A stretch of DNA of 64,000 bases. Origin: Bacilli bacterium (GTDB lineage: Bacteria > Bacillota_I > Bacilli_A > RFN20 > CAG-826). Location of the stretch: contig JAKSUV010000002.1 of NCBI GenBank assembly GCA_024408655.1, positions 8,938 through 72,937 of the forward strand. The letters are read 5' to 3'. The notes under the pieces were generated by a model that saw only the letters and a list, made by a program, of their open reading frames with translations, did not search any database and was not told the origin of the DNA. The first letter of the stretch is position 1. Each line of letters opens with the position of its first letter. The position numbers were made by a program, and so were the translations under genes. Shown here in pieces: positions 41,059 through 50,197 of this stretch.

Positions 41059-41086
41059 AGTTAACATAATATACCTTATGCGAAGT
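41059..41086 (-). other. dif chromosome dimer resolution site (XerC/XerD)
   Basis: Minus strand ACTTCGCATAA-GGTATA-TTATGTTAACT has the 11-6-11 dif layout (B. subtilis ACTTCCTAGAA-TATATA-TTATGTAAACT; E. coli GGTGCGCATAA-TGTATA-TTATGTTAAAT); intergenic, at the gene-strand switch. Confidence 0.92.
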
Positions 41087-41136
41087 TATATTGAATTTTG
41101 CTAAATCTACTAAATTTACTGCGGCGGTCACTGCCA

Positions 41137-41466
41137 CTACTTCGACTTCTTGTTGAGTAACTCTTCTAGGTTAAACCGGGCACGTTCGGCTTTCGAGAAG
41201 ATATTAATAATATAAGAATAGGCATCCACTAAAACCCACCCACTACTACTACGACCTTCAACGTGGTTGATCTTAATTTTGTTCTTTTCTAGGGTATCAA
41301 CTACCGCATCTTTGATGGCGTCAATTTGGCGGGGATTATTCGCGGAGGCGATGATATAAAAGTCAGCAAAAGGTGTCCGACTTTTGACATCAATAATTTC
41401 AATCTTTTCACCCTTCTTTTCACTGATGGATTTTTTAATGATTTTTAGTGCGTCTTTTTGGTTCAT
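41137..41466 (-). CDS. rsfS: Ribosome silencing factor RsfS
   Basis: EKKGEKI, DFYIIAS, EG..WVLVD, R.RFNLE. Confidence 0.95.
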   Translation of the reverse strand: MNQKDALKIIKKSISEKKGEKIEIIDVKSRTPFADFYIIASANNPRQIDAIKDAVVDTLEKNKIKINHVEGRSSSGWVLVDAYSYIINIFSKAERARFNLEELLNKKSK

Positions 41467-41475
41467 ATTTTACTC

Positions 41476-42576
41476 CTATTTTCCAAGGTATAATTCCATG
41501 CATTTTTTGGTGAGTGGATTATCAAAAGATAATTGGTGCTTAATAAGGTGCTCGCGGTTCGCCGCTAGGACATCATAAAAACCAGCATCGATATCATCCA
41601 TACACCCTTTAATTAATTTACTACTATCATAATCACGTAATGGGTCAAGCTTATCCGCCGCGTAAACAATTTTGCTAATGGTTGGCATATGGGCCTTACC
41701 CGTCGCGTGATAGGTAATCGCATCTAACACCACTTCATCAGTGATTCCTAATTCGTTTTTCGCGATATAGGCACCAACAAATTGGTGATAAAGAGTCGCG
41801 GGCACTTGATGATAATACTCAGAATAATACTTTTGCATGATTAAGCGCATCTTATCTTCATCGACCTTTTTACCAAGATCATGTAATAAACCCGCAATAT
41901 AGCATTGAGCGGGATCAATTTTATTGGCAATGGCAATCTTATAAGCAAGATTAGCGACACTTAAAGCGTGTTTAAAGCGTTTTTCGGTATAATATTTATC
42001 TTTTAATAATTTAATATAATAAAGTTCGTGCTTTTCAATGTATTGAATAACTGAATAAGTCGTATCTAAACCATTTAGGTGACGAATTGAGTGACTCGAA
42101 GCTGCCCCACTTTTATCATAAGTAAGACTATCCATCTTAAATTTGGCGACATTTTCACTTTTAATCACAATATCCGGACGATTAACATAAATAATTTTGG
42201 CGAGTTCCGCAATCCGCGCGGCGTCTTTCCATTTATCAAAGGCAGCAACTTGATCTGCTCCAATAAGTAAATAAAGCTGATAGGTTGGATAGAGCTTCTT
42301 AAAATGCTCTAAAGTATCGACAGTATAGTTAATCTCATCATTACTCTTCATTTCGTAATCGGAAATAGTTAAGGAAGAGACATTAAGATCTTTTAAAGCG
42401 AGTTTAAGCATCTCGTAGCGTTCGTTAATTGAGGCGTGTGGCGCTTTCCAGCGTGGACTCTTCGCGGGTAAAAAGATGACATCCGCATTGAGTTTAAGTG
42501 AAGCATAAGAAGCAACCCTTAGGTGCGCATTATGAATGGGATCAAAGGTCCCGCCAAAGATAATTAACTTTTCCAT
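41476..42576 (-). CDS. nadD: Nicotinate-nucleotide adenylyltransferase NadD fused to YqeK-type HD domain
   Basis: GGTFDPIHNAH, IGADQ; C-terminal RFKH, LLHDLGK, YHATG, ADK. Confidence 0.92.
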   Translation of the reverse strand: MEKLIIFGGTFDPIHNAHLRVASYASLKLNADVIFLPAKSPRWKAPHASINERYEMLKLALKDLNVSSLTISDYEMKSNDEINYTVDTLEHFKKLYPTYQLYLLIGADQVAAFDKWKDAARIAELAKIIYVNRPDIVIKSENVAKFKMDSLTYDKSGAASSHSIRHLNGLDTTYSVIQYIEKHELYYIKLLKDKYYTEKRFKHALSVANLAYKIAIANKIDPAQCYIAGLLHDLGKKVDEDKMRLIMQKYYSEYYHQVPATLYHQFVGAYIAKNELGITDEVVLDAITYHATGKAHMPTISKIVYAADKLDPLRDYDSSKLIKGCMDDIDAGFYDVLAANREHLIKHQLSFDNPLTKKCMELYLGK

Positions 42577-42577
42577 A

Positions 42578-42871
42578 TTAATTTAAGATAATCCGGTCTT
42601 TTTTATTTGGATTGGCTTTATATAAGACAATCGAATGACCAATTGTGGTCACTAGTTCACACTGCGTCGCAATAATAATCTCGTCGGTTAGTTTAGCCAT
42701 TTCGCTTGTGATACTTCGATTAAAGTAAACTTTAATTAGTTCGTGCGCCTTTAAAGCGTTATTTAATAGCGCCACTACGGAAGCATCAACAGCGCCTTTA
42801 CCGATTTGATACTTATGAGTGGAGGTATTCGCTAACGCTTTTAATTGTTTTTTATTTTTGTTTGTCAGCAT
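42578..42871 (-). CDS. yhbY: YhbY (CRM) RNA-binding protein
   Basis: MLTNKNKKQLKALA, QIGK, HELIKV, IGHSIVLY; likely ATG at 42871. Confidence 0.9.
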   Translation of the reverse strand: MLTNKNKKQLKALANTSTHKYQIGKGAVDASVVALLNNALKAHELIKVYFNRSITSEMAKLTDEIIIATQCELVTTIGHSIVLYKANPNKKDRIILN

Positions 42872-43997
42872 GGGGAATTTTGGCTCGACAGGAATAAATA
42901 CCAACGCCTTTTGGCACCGTAATCCGGAAGGTTTGGTTATTACCCATAAAGGAAATCCAGCCTAAACCTTGAATACCAAGGTCACGACCTTCGTGCTCCG
43001 TAATATTAATTTCGTAGGTGTTAAAATCCGCGAGTGAATTTAAGTTCTTCGAAGAAGGAACGATGTTTTTCTTTAATAAAATTTTATTAAAGATATAATC
43101 AGTCCGCCGCGTGGAAATCCGTTTGATGTCAACCCGCCGAGAGAAGTAAGCGTAAACTTGAGTAGTCTTACCTTTCAGGAAATCAAAACGAGCAATCCCA
43201 CCGATAAATAATGACACTTCCGGCCACATCTTATAATCAACTGGTTTAATTTCGCGAGCCGGCGTCACAATTTTATGTAATTCCTTTTCAAGGTGTTCAG
43301 TAATGGTATTAGTGACTTTTAAACCACCGGTATCATATAAAGTCGTATTTTTATCTAACGGAATTTGTAACACGCTTAAAGATGTTCCTGGATATTCCAT
43401 TGTCTTAATTGGCCGCTGGGTTGGGTTCTTATAGTTACGTAAAATCGCGTTAATGAGGAAGGTTTTACCCATACCATCACCACCAATTAAGTAGGCATCA
43501 TGGCCTTTTCTTAATTCGTTAATCCGTTTAATAATTTCTTTAATGTGAAGCTCGGTAGTTGCGCTAGTCAAGATAATGTCTTGCACTTTAATCTTTTCCA
43601 TTCTTAACCGGTGGGCAACGTCTTCTTTTAAAATTGCATCATCAACATCTTTTGGTAATAAGTCACGTTTCGTGGCCACTACTAAGACATTCCGCCCCAC
43701 TAAGCGTTTGGTAATCGCACTAGAAAAAGCGGCTTCGAAGGAGAATAAATCAAGCACAAAAACGATTAAAGCGTCGGTCGCGTGCGCGTCCGCGAGAATC
43801 GTTTTAAAGGCGTCGGATAAGTCTAATTTATTAGGAACTAAATCGTAAGTTTCTTTCTTAAAACACTTATCACAAAACATCACGCGAATGTCGTTTTCAA
43901 AGAGTTCAGGCGAGATATAGCCTTCCGCTTTTGGGTCGGTGTCTTGTAAGACCGCCCCACAGCTATAACATTTACGAATGACGTTGAGCTTACTCAT
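42852..43997 (-). CDS. yqeH: Ribosome biogenesis GTPase YqeH
   Basis: CxxC..CxxC Zn finger, circularly permuted G4 (TKRD), G1 (GxxxxGKT), PGT, DTGG; GLGWI. Confidence 0.88.
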   Translation of the reverse strand: MSKLNVIRKCYSCGAVLQDTDPKAEGYISPELFENDIRVMFCDKCFKKETYDLVPNKLDLSDAFKTILADAHATDALIVFVLDLFSFEAAFSSAITKRLVGRNVLVVATKRDLLPKDVDDAILKEDVAHRLRMEKIKVQDIILTSATTELHIKEIIKRINELRKGHDAYLIGGDGMGKTFLINAILRNYKNPTQRPIKTMEYPGTSLSVLQIPLDKNTTLYDTGGLKVTNTITEHLEKELHKIVTPAREIKPVDYKMWPEVSLFIGGIARFDFLKGKTTQVYAYFSRRVDIKRISTRRTDYIFNKILLKKNIVPSSKNLNSLADFNTYEINITEHEGRDLGIQGLGWISFMGNNQTFRITVPKGVGIYSCRAKIPHADKQK

Positions 43998-44515
43998 AAA
44001 TAGTTCTTCCAGTTATTAAGTTTACCACATTTTTTGAGTCGCGCGCGCAAAGGTTTTTCAAAGAGCCGATTAATCTTTGTTCTAATCGGATCTTCTTTGA
44101 CTAATTTTTCGGTCAATAAAGTGCGAATATGCGCAGAATTTCCGCACTGGACATCGGTCATCATTTGGTCGCCGATGATTAAACAATCATCCGGATTAAT
44201 ATTGAGAGCTCTTAATTTTCTTAGTAAGCGGCCCTTAAATGGTTTATTAACAAACGCAAGAAATTCAATCTCTAAATCTTTCGCGTAAGTCCGGACTCGC
44301 TTACCGGTGTTATTACTCGTAATAACCGGCCGTAAACCATTCGCTTTTAATTGTTTAATATAATCAATTGTCCGTTTGCTCGGTGTTTTTACGCGATACG
44401 ATTCAAGTGTATTATCTAGGTCAAGTAGCAAAACTTTCACATGATTTTTCACGAAAAATTTTGGATCAATCTCGTAGAGATTATTCGCATGAAAAGTCGG
44501 AGTAAAACGCTTCAT
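43994..44515 (-). CDS. yqeG: YqeG family HAD IIIA phosphatase
   Basis: DLDNTL, SNN, KP, IGDQMMTD. Confidence 0.92.
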   Translation of the reverse strand: MKRFTPTFHANNLYEIDPKFFVKNHVKVLLLDLDNTLESYRVKTPSKRTIDYIKQLKANGLRPVITSNNTGKRVRTYAKDLEIEFLAFVNKPFKGRLLRKLRALNINPDDCLIIGDQMMTDVQCGNSAHIRTLLTEKLVKEDPIRTKINRLFEKPLRARLKKCGKLNNWKNYL

Positions 44516-47115
44516 TATTTTTGCTCGTCGTTATCTTCATCAAAGATGGAAATTTGCGTATATTTAGCGGGTTTTTTCTCGTTATTAATCGGTTCGTTCG
44601 CTGGCTTTTCGCTCACTGGTTTAGGCTTATAAGTGGACACTAATTTTGGGTTCACCACTTCACCATGGGAATATAAATATAAAAGCGTGTCGCGTTTAGC
44701 AATCCCAAGATTTGTCTTCGCGTATTTTTCAATTGGTGTGAAATAGAAATCATCAATCTTTAAATCCACTAAGCCTTTGGCTTGACTAATCGCTAATAAA
44801 TGAAGTTCACCTTCACTCCGATTAAATTTCTTCACACCCATAATTTTGTGTGGTTCACCTTTAAAGGATGGCATAATTAAGGTCGGTTTATTTAAGCGTT
44901 TAGTAATCGCGATATGTTCTTTATCAAACACCCGGTAATGCCCGTGATCAGTGATAATTAAGATCTTATTCTTTTCGTCTTGTTGATAAACAAGCATTGC
45001 GGCAATATAGGTTTTATTTAGTTTAGCGGCTTTCACTCCACCCGCCTTTGGACCAATCGGGGTTAATACTTCTTCGGGATAATACACCGCTTCCCCACTT
45101 CCCATAAAGAGCATGATGTTATCCGCTCCGGTACTAATCGCAACATCGACGAGTCGATCAGTGTTAAGTAAACGGAACGCAGTGTATAAACGGTTACAAC
45201 GAGTTAGATAAAAGTCCGCCATCGCGGTCCGCTTAATTTGCCCATTCCGACTCACTAAAATAAAGAAGAGATCTTTCCGGAAACTCTTTAAAGTAAAGGC
45301 CCGGACAAATCGATCTTCCATCGCATTATAGTTAATGTGATAAGAGAGTTGTTTTCCTTCTTCTTTCCAACGGATTTCGGGAATTTCGTGGACCGGGATC
45401 ACAATAAAATTACCGTGTTCAGTGAAAGCAATTAAATAATCTTCGGTGTTACATTGATTATTATAAATAATCACGTCGCCTTCTTTGACACCAGGTAACG
45501 ACTCTTCACTACTCTTAAAGCTCTTGAGTGAACTCCGTTTTATATAGCCATCACGGGTGAGACAAACCATCACGTCTTCTTTATTAATTAAGTCGCGTTG
45601 ATCAAACACCTTTTCTTCCATCGCCACTTCACGAATTTCGGTCCGGCGCGGATTACTATATTCACGTTGAATCACGCGTAAATCCTTAATAATTTCGCGG
45701 TTAAGCACTTCGCGGTCACTTAAGATTTCTTTTAAGCGCTTAATCTCAACATCTAAGTTTTTCTTCTCTTGATTGAGCGTACTCATATCCGTATGCGAAA
45801 GCTTATATAAAGGCATCATCACGATGGCTTCGCTTTGCGCTTCACTAAATTTATACGCTTCGGCGAGCTTAGCTTTTGCGTCCGCTTTATCGTTACTCTT
45901 TTTAATAATCCGAATCACTTCATCTAGATGCGCAATTGCTTTAATAAGACCATCAACAATTTCTAAACGTGCTTTATTTTTATCTAAATTATATTGCGAA
46001 ACCCGGGTGACTACATCCACTTGGTGAGCAATATAACAATCAATATATTCAAGGATATTTAAGGTCCGTGGGTGGCCATCAACAATCGCCACCATATTCG
46101 CGGTATAGCTAGAAGTTAAGCCGGTTTTCGTCATTAAATATTTTAAAATCGCATCCGGATTAACTGACTTCTTACAATCAACCACAATCTTTAAACCATG
46201 GCGGTCACTTTCATCACGAACTTCAATGATACCTTCAATTACTTTCTTATGACGAATCTCATCGATTTCGTGAACGATGTTAATCTTTACCGCTTTATAA
46301 GGAATCTCGGTAATGACAATTTTATTAACGCCATCTTCGTTTCTCACAATTTCGGCTTTCGCCGCTACCTCAATTCGACCATGTCCCGTTGCGTAAATAT
46401 TTTTTAAGCCTTCGCTAGAAGAAATGACGCCACCGGTTGGGAAATCCGGGCCTTTAATAAACTCCATTAAATCAAGGGGTTCGACCCGCACACGCCGAAT
46501 CCGGTAAATGACTGCTTCAATTAATTCACGTAAATTGTGGGGAGGGATTTCGGTTGCCATCGCGACGGCAATGCCTTCCGCCCCGTTAACGAGTAAGTTT
46601 GGGAAACGGGCTGGCAAAACCACCGGTTCATATTCGGTATCATCGTAAGTTAAAATTTTATCAACTGCGTTTTTATTTAAATCACGGACCAGTTCATCCG
46701 CTAAAGCGCTGAGCTTAGCTTCAGTGTAACGATAGGCGGCTGGGATATCGCCATCAATACTACCATTATTACCTTGAAAGGTAATAAGCGGCATCCGGAC
46801 TTTCCAATCTTGGCTCATCCGGGCTAAAGCTTCGTAGACCGAAGTATCACCATGCGGGTGATATTTACCAATGACATCACCAACAATCTTCGCGCACTTT
46901 CTGGTCTTATAAGCGCTCGTGTTTTTATTCGCCCACATCGAGTAAATAATGCGCCGTTGCACTGGTTTTAAACCATCACGCGCATCCGGAATCGCCCGAT
47001 CTTGAATGACATATTTCGCGTAAATTCCGTACCGGTCACCCATGACATCATCAAGGGCTTCGACCGAAATATTTTCGCGAATCACTGGCTCTTCAACTTT
47101 CTTTTTCCGACTCAT
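44515..47115 (-). CDS. parC: DNA topoisomerase IV subunit A
   Basis: DGLKPVQRR, YHPHGD, AAYRYTE; no GyrA box seen; follows parE near the terminus. Confidence 0.92.
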   Translation of the reverse strand: MSRKKKVEEPVIRENISVEALDDVMGDRYGIYAKYVIQDRAIPDARDGLKPVQRRIIYSMWANKNTSAYKTRKCAKIVGDVIGKYHPHGDTSVYEALARMSQDWKVRMPLITFQGNNGSIDGDIPAAYRYTEAKLSALADELVRDLNKNAVDKILTYDDTEYEPVVLPARFPNLLVNGAEGIAVAMATEIPPHNLRELIEAVIYRIRRVRVEPLDLMEFIKGPDFPTGGVISSSEGLKNIYATGHGRIEVAAKAEIVRNEDGVNKIVITEIPYKAVKINIVHEIDEIRHKKVIEGIIEVRDESDRHGLKIVVDCKKSVNPDAILKYLMTKTGLTSSYTANMVAIVDGHPRTLNILEYIDCYIAHQVDVVTRVSQYNLDKNKARLEIVDGLIKAIAHLDEVIRIIKKSNDKADAKAKLAEAYKFSEAQSEAIVMMPLYKLSHTDMSTLNQEKKNLDVEIKRLKEILSDREVLNREIIKDLRVIQREYSNPRRTEIREVAMEEKVFDQRDLINKEDVMVCLTRDGYIKRSSLKSFKSSEESLPGVKEGDVIIYNNQCNTEDYLIAFTEHGNFIVIPVHEIPEIRWKEEGKQLSYHINYNAMEDRFVRAFTLKSFRKDLFFILVSRNGQIKRTAMADFYLTRCNRLYTAFRLLNTDRLVDVAISTGADNIMLFMGSGEAVYYPEEVLTPIGPKAGGVKAAKLNKTYIAAMLVYQQDEKNKILIITDHGHYRVFDKEHIAITKRLNKPTLIMPSFKGEPHKIMGVKKFNRSEGELHLLAISQAKGLVDLKIDDFYFTPIEKYAKTNLGIAKRDTLLYLYSHGEVVNPKLVSTYKPKPVSEKPANEPINNEKKPAKYTQISIFDEDNDEQK

Positions 47116-49034
47116 TATTTAATTTCCTCGAAATTATCTTTCTCAGTAAAATCAACGTTTTCTGCCACCCATTTCCGGCGTAGCGATGCGTCTTTTCCCA
47201 TTAAAACCGCGACGCGCGATTCGACAAGTAATGGATCATCAATCCGAATACGCACAAGTAAACGGTGACGAGGATTCATCGTGGTATTCCAAAGTTGTTC
47301 GGCGTCCATTTCGCCTAACCCTTTAAAGCGACTAATCTCGTAGCCACGGCCGACTTCCGCTTTCGCTTCTTCTAAGTCATTATCACGCCAAGCATAGCGT
47401 TCTTTTTTGTCTTTATAAACTCGGTATAATGGCGGAACTGCAACATAGACCATCCCACTAGTAATAAGGGGGCGCATGTAGTGATAAAAGAAAGTTAATA
47501 AAAGGGTTTGGATGTGCGCACCATCAGTATCCGCGTCGGTCATAATAATGATTTTCCCATAACGGGAATCATTCACATCAAATTCACTACCAACGCCAGC
47601 ACCAATCGTGTTAATAATCGTGGCAAACTCTTCGTTTTTTAGCATCCGTTCCATCGTAATTGAATCGGTATTTAATGGTTTTCCACGAAGTGGAAGAATG
47701 GCTTGATGAAGCCGGTCACGCCCTTTACGGGCGGAGCCACCCGCGGATTCGCCTTCAACAATGAAGAGTTCGTTCCGGGCGTAGTCTTTACTTTGCGCTG
47801 GAGTCAATTTATCCGAGAGAATAATTTCGCGATTTTTCTTTTTACCGCGCGCTTCGTCTTTAGCTTTTCTTGCGGCCATACGGGCTTGTTGTGATTCAAC
47901 ACATTTTTGAATAAGTTTTAAGGCAAGTTCGCTATTTTCGTTTAAGTAATAAGTGAGTTTAGTGTAAATAAAATTGTTGACTAAGGCGGTCGCTTCTGGG
48001 GTACCTAGTTTACCTTTTGTTTGACCTTCGTATTCAAGTTTTTCTTCCGGAATCCGTAAGGATAAAATCGCGGTTAAACCTTCCCGAATATCGCCACCTT
48101 CAAGCTTTTTACCATGGAGCAAATCTTTCTCTTCCGCGTAATCATTGACCGCCCGAGTGATACCAAGTTTAAAGCCGGTTTCGTGAGTACCACCATCGTG
48201 AGTGCGAACGTTGTTCGCGTAGCTATAAATGTTCTCGTTATAATCGTTACTACAATATTGGAACGCCACTTCCATCTTGATGTCGTTACTATCATCGGTA
48301 AAGGAAACCACTGGTCCAATCGGGGTTTTATTTTCATTTAACGCGGCGACATATTCTTTTAGTCCCTCGTTATATAAATATTCGACTGTGTTATAAGGAA
48401 TGCTCCGTTGATCAGTCACAATAAATTTTACTTTTTTAAGTAAAAACGCGGATTCTTGTAGGTGTTTAGTAATGGTATCCCAACGGAAATCAACACTACT
48501 AAAGATCTTCTTATCCGGTTTAAAACGAACGATGGTTCCGGTCTTCCGGGTTTCCCCAATCACTTTTAGTGGCTCCACTAACTTGCCACCTTTTTCGTAG
48601 CGCGTATGGTAAATCTTACCATCCCGCATCACGGTTACATCAAGCCACTCACTAAGCGCATTGGTGACGGAGGCGCCAACGCCATGTAATCCCGCGGAGT
48701 TACTGTACACTTTGTTAGAAAACTTACCACCACTATGGAGAGTTGAGAAAATAAGATGAACCGCCGGAACATTGTATTTCTTTTGGATGCCACACGGAAT
48801 CCCACGTCCATGGTCTTCGACACTTAAAGAACCGTCCCGGTGGATGATTAAAGTGATCGTGTCACCATAGCCACTTAACGCTTCGTCAATCGCGTTATCG
48901 ACAATTTCCCAAACGAGGTGATGAAGGCCACTAAGGTTCGTCGAGCCAATATACATGGCTGGGCGTTTTCTTACGCCTTCAAGCCCTTCGAGGACTTCGA
49001 TATCGTTTGCATCATAATTGCGATTATTCGCCAT
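47115..49034 (-). CDS. parE: DNA topoisomerase IV subunit B
   Basis: RPAMYIG, EIVDNAIDE, GLHGVG, EGESA, PLRGK, DADTDG, FKGLGEM. Confidence 0.93.
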   Translation of the reverse strand: MANNRNYDANDIEVLEGLEGVRKRPAMYIGSTNLSGLHHLVWEIVDNAIDEALSGYGDTITLIIHRDGSLSVEDHGRGIPCGIQKKYNVPAVHLIFSTLHSGGKFSNKVYSNSAGLHGVGASVTNALSEWLDVTVMRDGKIYHTRYEKGGKLVEPLKVIGETRKTGTIVRFKPDKKIFSSVDFRWDTITKHLQESAFLLKKVKFIVTDQRSIPYNTVEYLYNEGLKEYVAALNENKTPIGPVVSFTDDSNDIKMEVAFQYCSNDYNENIYSYANNVRTHDGGTHETGFKLGITRAVNDYAEEKDLLHGKKLEGGDIREGLTAILSLRIPEEKLEYEGQTKGKLGTPEATALVNNFIYTKLTYYLNENSELALKLIQKCVESQQARMAARKAKDEARGKKKNREIILSDKLTPAQSKDYARNELFIVEGESAGGSARKGRDRLHQAILPLRGKPLNTDSITMERMLKNEEFATIINTIGAGVGSEFDVNDSRYGKIIIMTDADTDGAHIQTLLLTFFYHYMRPLITSGMVYVAVPPLYRVYKDKKERYAWRDNDLEEAKAEVGRGYEISRFKGLGEMDAEQLWNTTMNPRHRLLVRIRIDDPLLVESRVAVLMGKDASLRRKWVAENVDFTEKDNFEEIK

Positions 49035-49045
49035 AACAATTTAAG

Positions 49046-49075
49046 ATTTTAGCACAAGGGAAAACGAAAAATCAA
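49046..49075 (-). promoter_or_regulatory. Proximal parE promoter
   Basis: Minus strand TTGATT-18 nt-TAAAAT with TG extension. Confidence 0.55.
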
Positions 49076-49305
49076 AAAACATTTTCGCGAGTGAGCATAA
49101 TTGCGCGATGAAAAAATCGAGTTATCTTCTCGCGCACACCAAAGGAAAATTTATCATAAAATTTAGCCATAATTTGTCGAAAAATCAAGACGCATAAATC
49201 GGACAAAAATATTGATTAAATTCTCGATAAATTTCTTCGTATAGTCAATAACATAATTTAGTTTTAATTTAGTAGTTTAGTAGTTTTTATTATTTATATA
49301 TAAAT

Positions 49306-49334
49306 AAAAAGGCAAGAACTTAATCTTGCCTCTT
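49306..49334 (-). terminator. Intrinsic terminator after efp-yneF
   Basis: Minus strand GGCAAGA-6 nt-TCTTGCC plus T5. Confidence 0.8.
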
Positions 49335-49352
49335 AATTTTAATCTAACCAAA

Positions 49353-49571
49353 TTATTGGCTATTTTTCATGTTTTGAATGACTGCACGAATTTGGGCTTC
49401 ACTGGGCTTACGTCCCATTGACATAAACATCGCCCGAATCATGTTCTCGTTGATTGGTGGGTTCTTCTTGAGCTCATGCTTCATAAGTTTTCTAGCGCCT
49501 AAGAAACCAACCACGAGGCCCACGAAAAGTAAACCAATCGCTAAGCCAAACCAACTTCCATTCCAATCCAT
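49353..49571 (-). CDS. yneF: YneF/UPF0154 family small membrane protein
   Basis: N-terminal TM, NPPINE, MGRKPSE. Confidence 0.92.
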   Translation of the reverse strand: MDWNGSWFGLAIGLLFVGLVVGFLGARKLMKHELKKNPPINENMIRAMFMSMGRKPSEAQIRAVIQNMKNSQ

Positions 49572-49590
49572 AATTTTCTCCTCCTAAATA

Positions 49591-50154
49591 TTATTGATTG
49601 ACCCGGCCATCATAATCACCGGTATCCGTTCTTACGTAAATTGTTTCACCATTATCAATAAATAACGGGACCTTAACTTGGTAGCCAGTTTCAAGTTTTG
49701 CATTCTTCATCGCGGACTTCACTGTGTCACCACGCACCGCAGGTTCACAATCGACAATCTTTAAAGCGACCTTCACGGGCATACTAATACCTAAGATCTC
49801 ATCGTTATACGATAAGACATCAATTTCGGTATTCGCGACTAAGAAATTCATTTCCCATTTTAACCGTTCATGGGGAATTTCGATTTGTTCATAAGTCGTG
49901 TTATCCATAAAACATAACCCCATGCCACTATCATAAAGATAGCTCATCTTCTTTTTATCGAGCCGGACTACATCAACCATGTAGCCACTGTTCCGCGAAA
50001 GTTCAATAATCGCACCCGTGCGAACATTTTTCACTTTGACTTTCGCCACCATTTTTCTCATCGCGGTCTTATTTAATAAGATGTCCATGACGACAAACAT
50101 TTGGTTCTCATCGATAAAATAATTACCGGGTCTTAATTCAGTTACATTTACCAT
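49591..50154 (-). CDS. efp: Elongation factor P
   Basis: YLY, FMDxxTYEQ, PAVRGDT, VPLFI, DTG; loop reads KTAMRK. Confidence 0.95.
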   Translation of the reverse strand: MVNVTELRPGNYFIDENQMFVVMDILLNKTAMRKMVAKVKVKNVRTGAIIELSRNSGYMVDVVRLDKKKMSYLYDSGMGLCFMDNTTYEQIEIPHERLKWEMNFLVANTEIDVLSYNDEILGISMPVKVALKIVDCEPAVRGDTVKSAMKNAKLETGYQVKVPLFIDNGETIYVRTDTGDYDGRVNQ

Positions 50155-50197
50155 TGTTTATTTCTCCTTCAAGCTTTTACTATTATACACGAACTAC

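Noticed and set aside
41077-41089. 12/13 match to a loxP arm (TATGCGAAGTTAT vs TATACGAAGTTAT)
   Set aside because: There is no second loxP arm; it is the XerC arm of dif, and tyrosine-recombinase sites resemble each other
41476-42576. NadD-YqeK fusion as a novelty
   Set aside because: This fusion is already known in reduced-genome Firmicutes and Mollicutes
46830-46865. ParC QRDR reads GDTS rather than GDSS
   Set aside because: Thr at this position occurs naturally in quinolone-susceptible enzymes; not evidence of resistance
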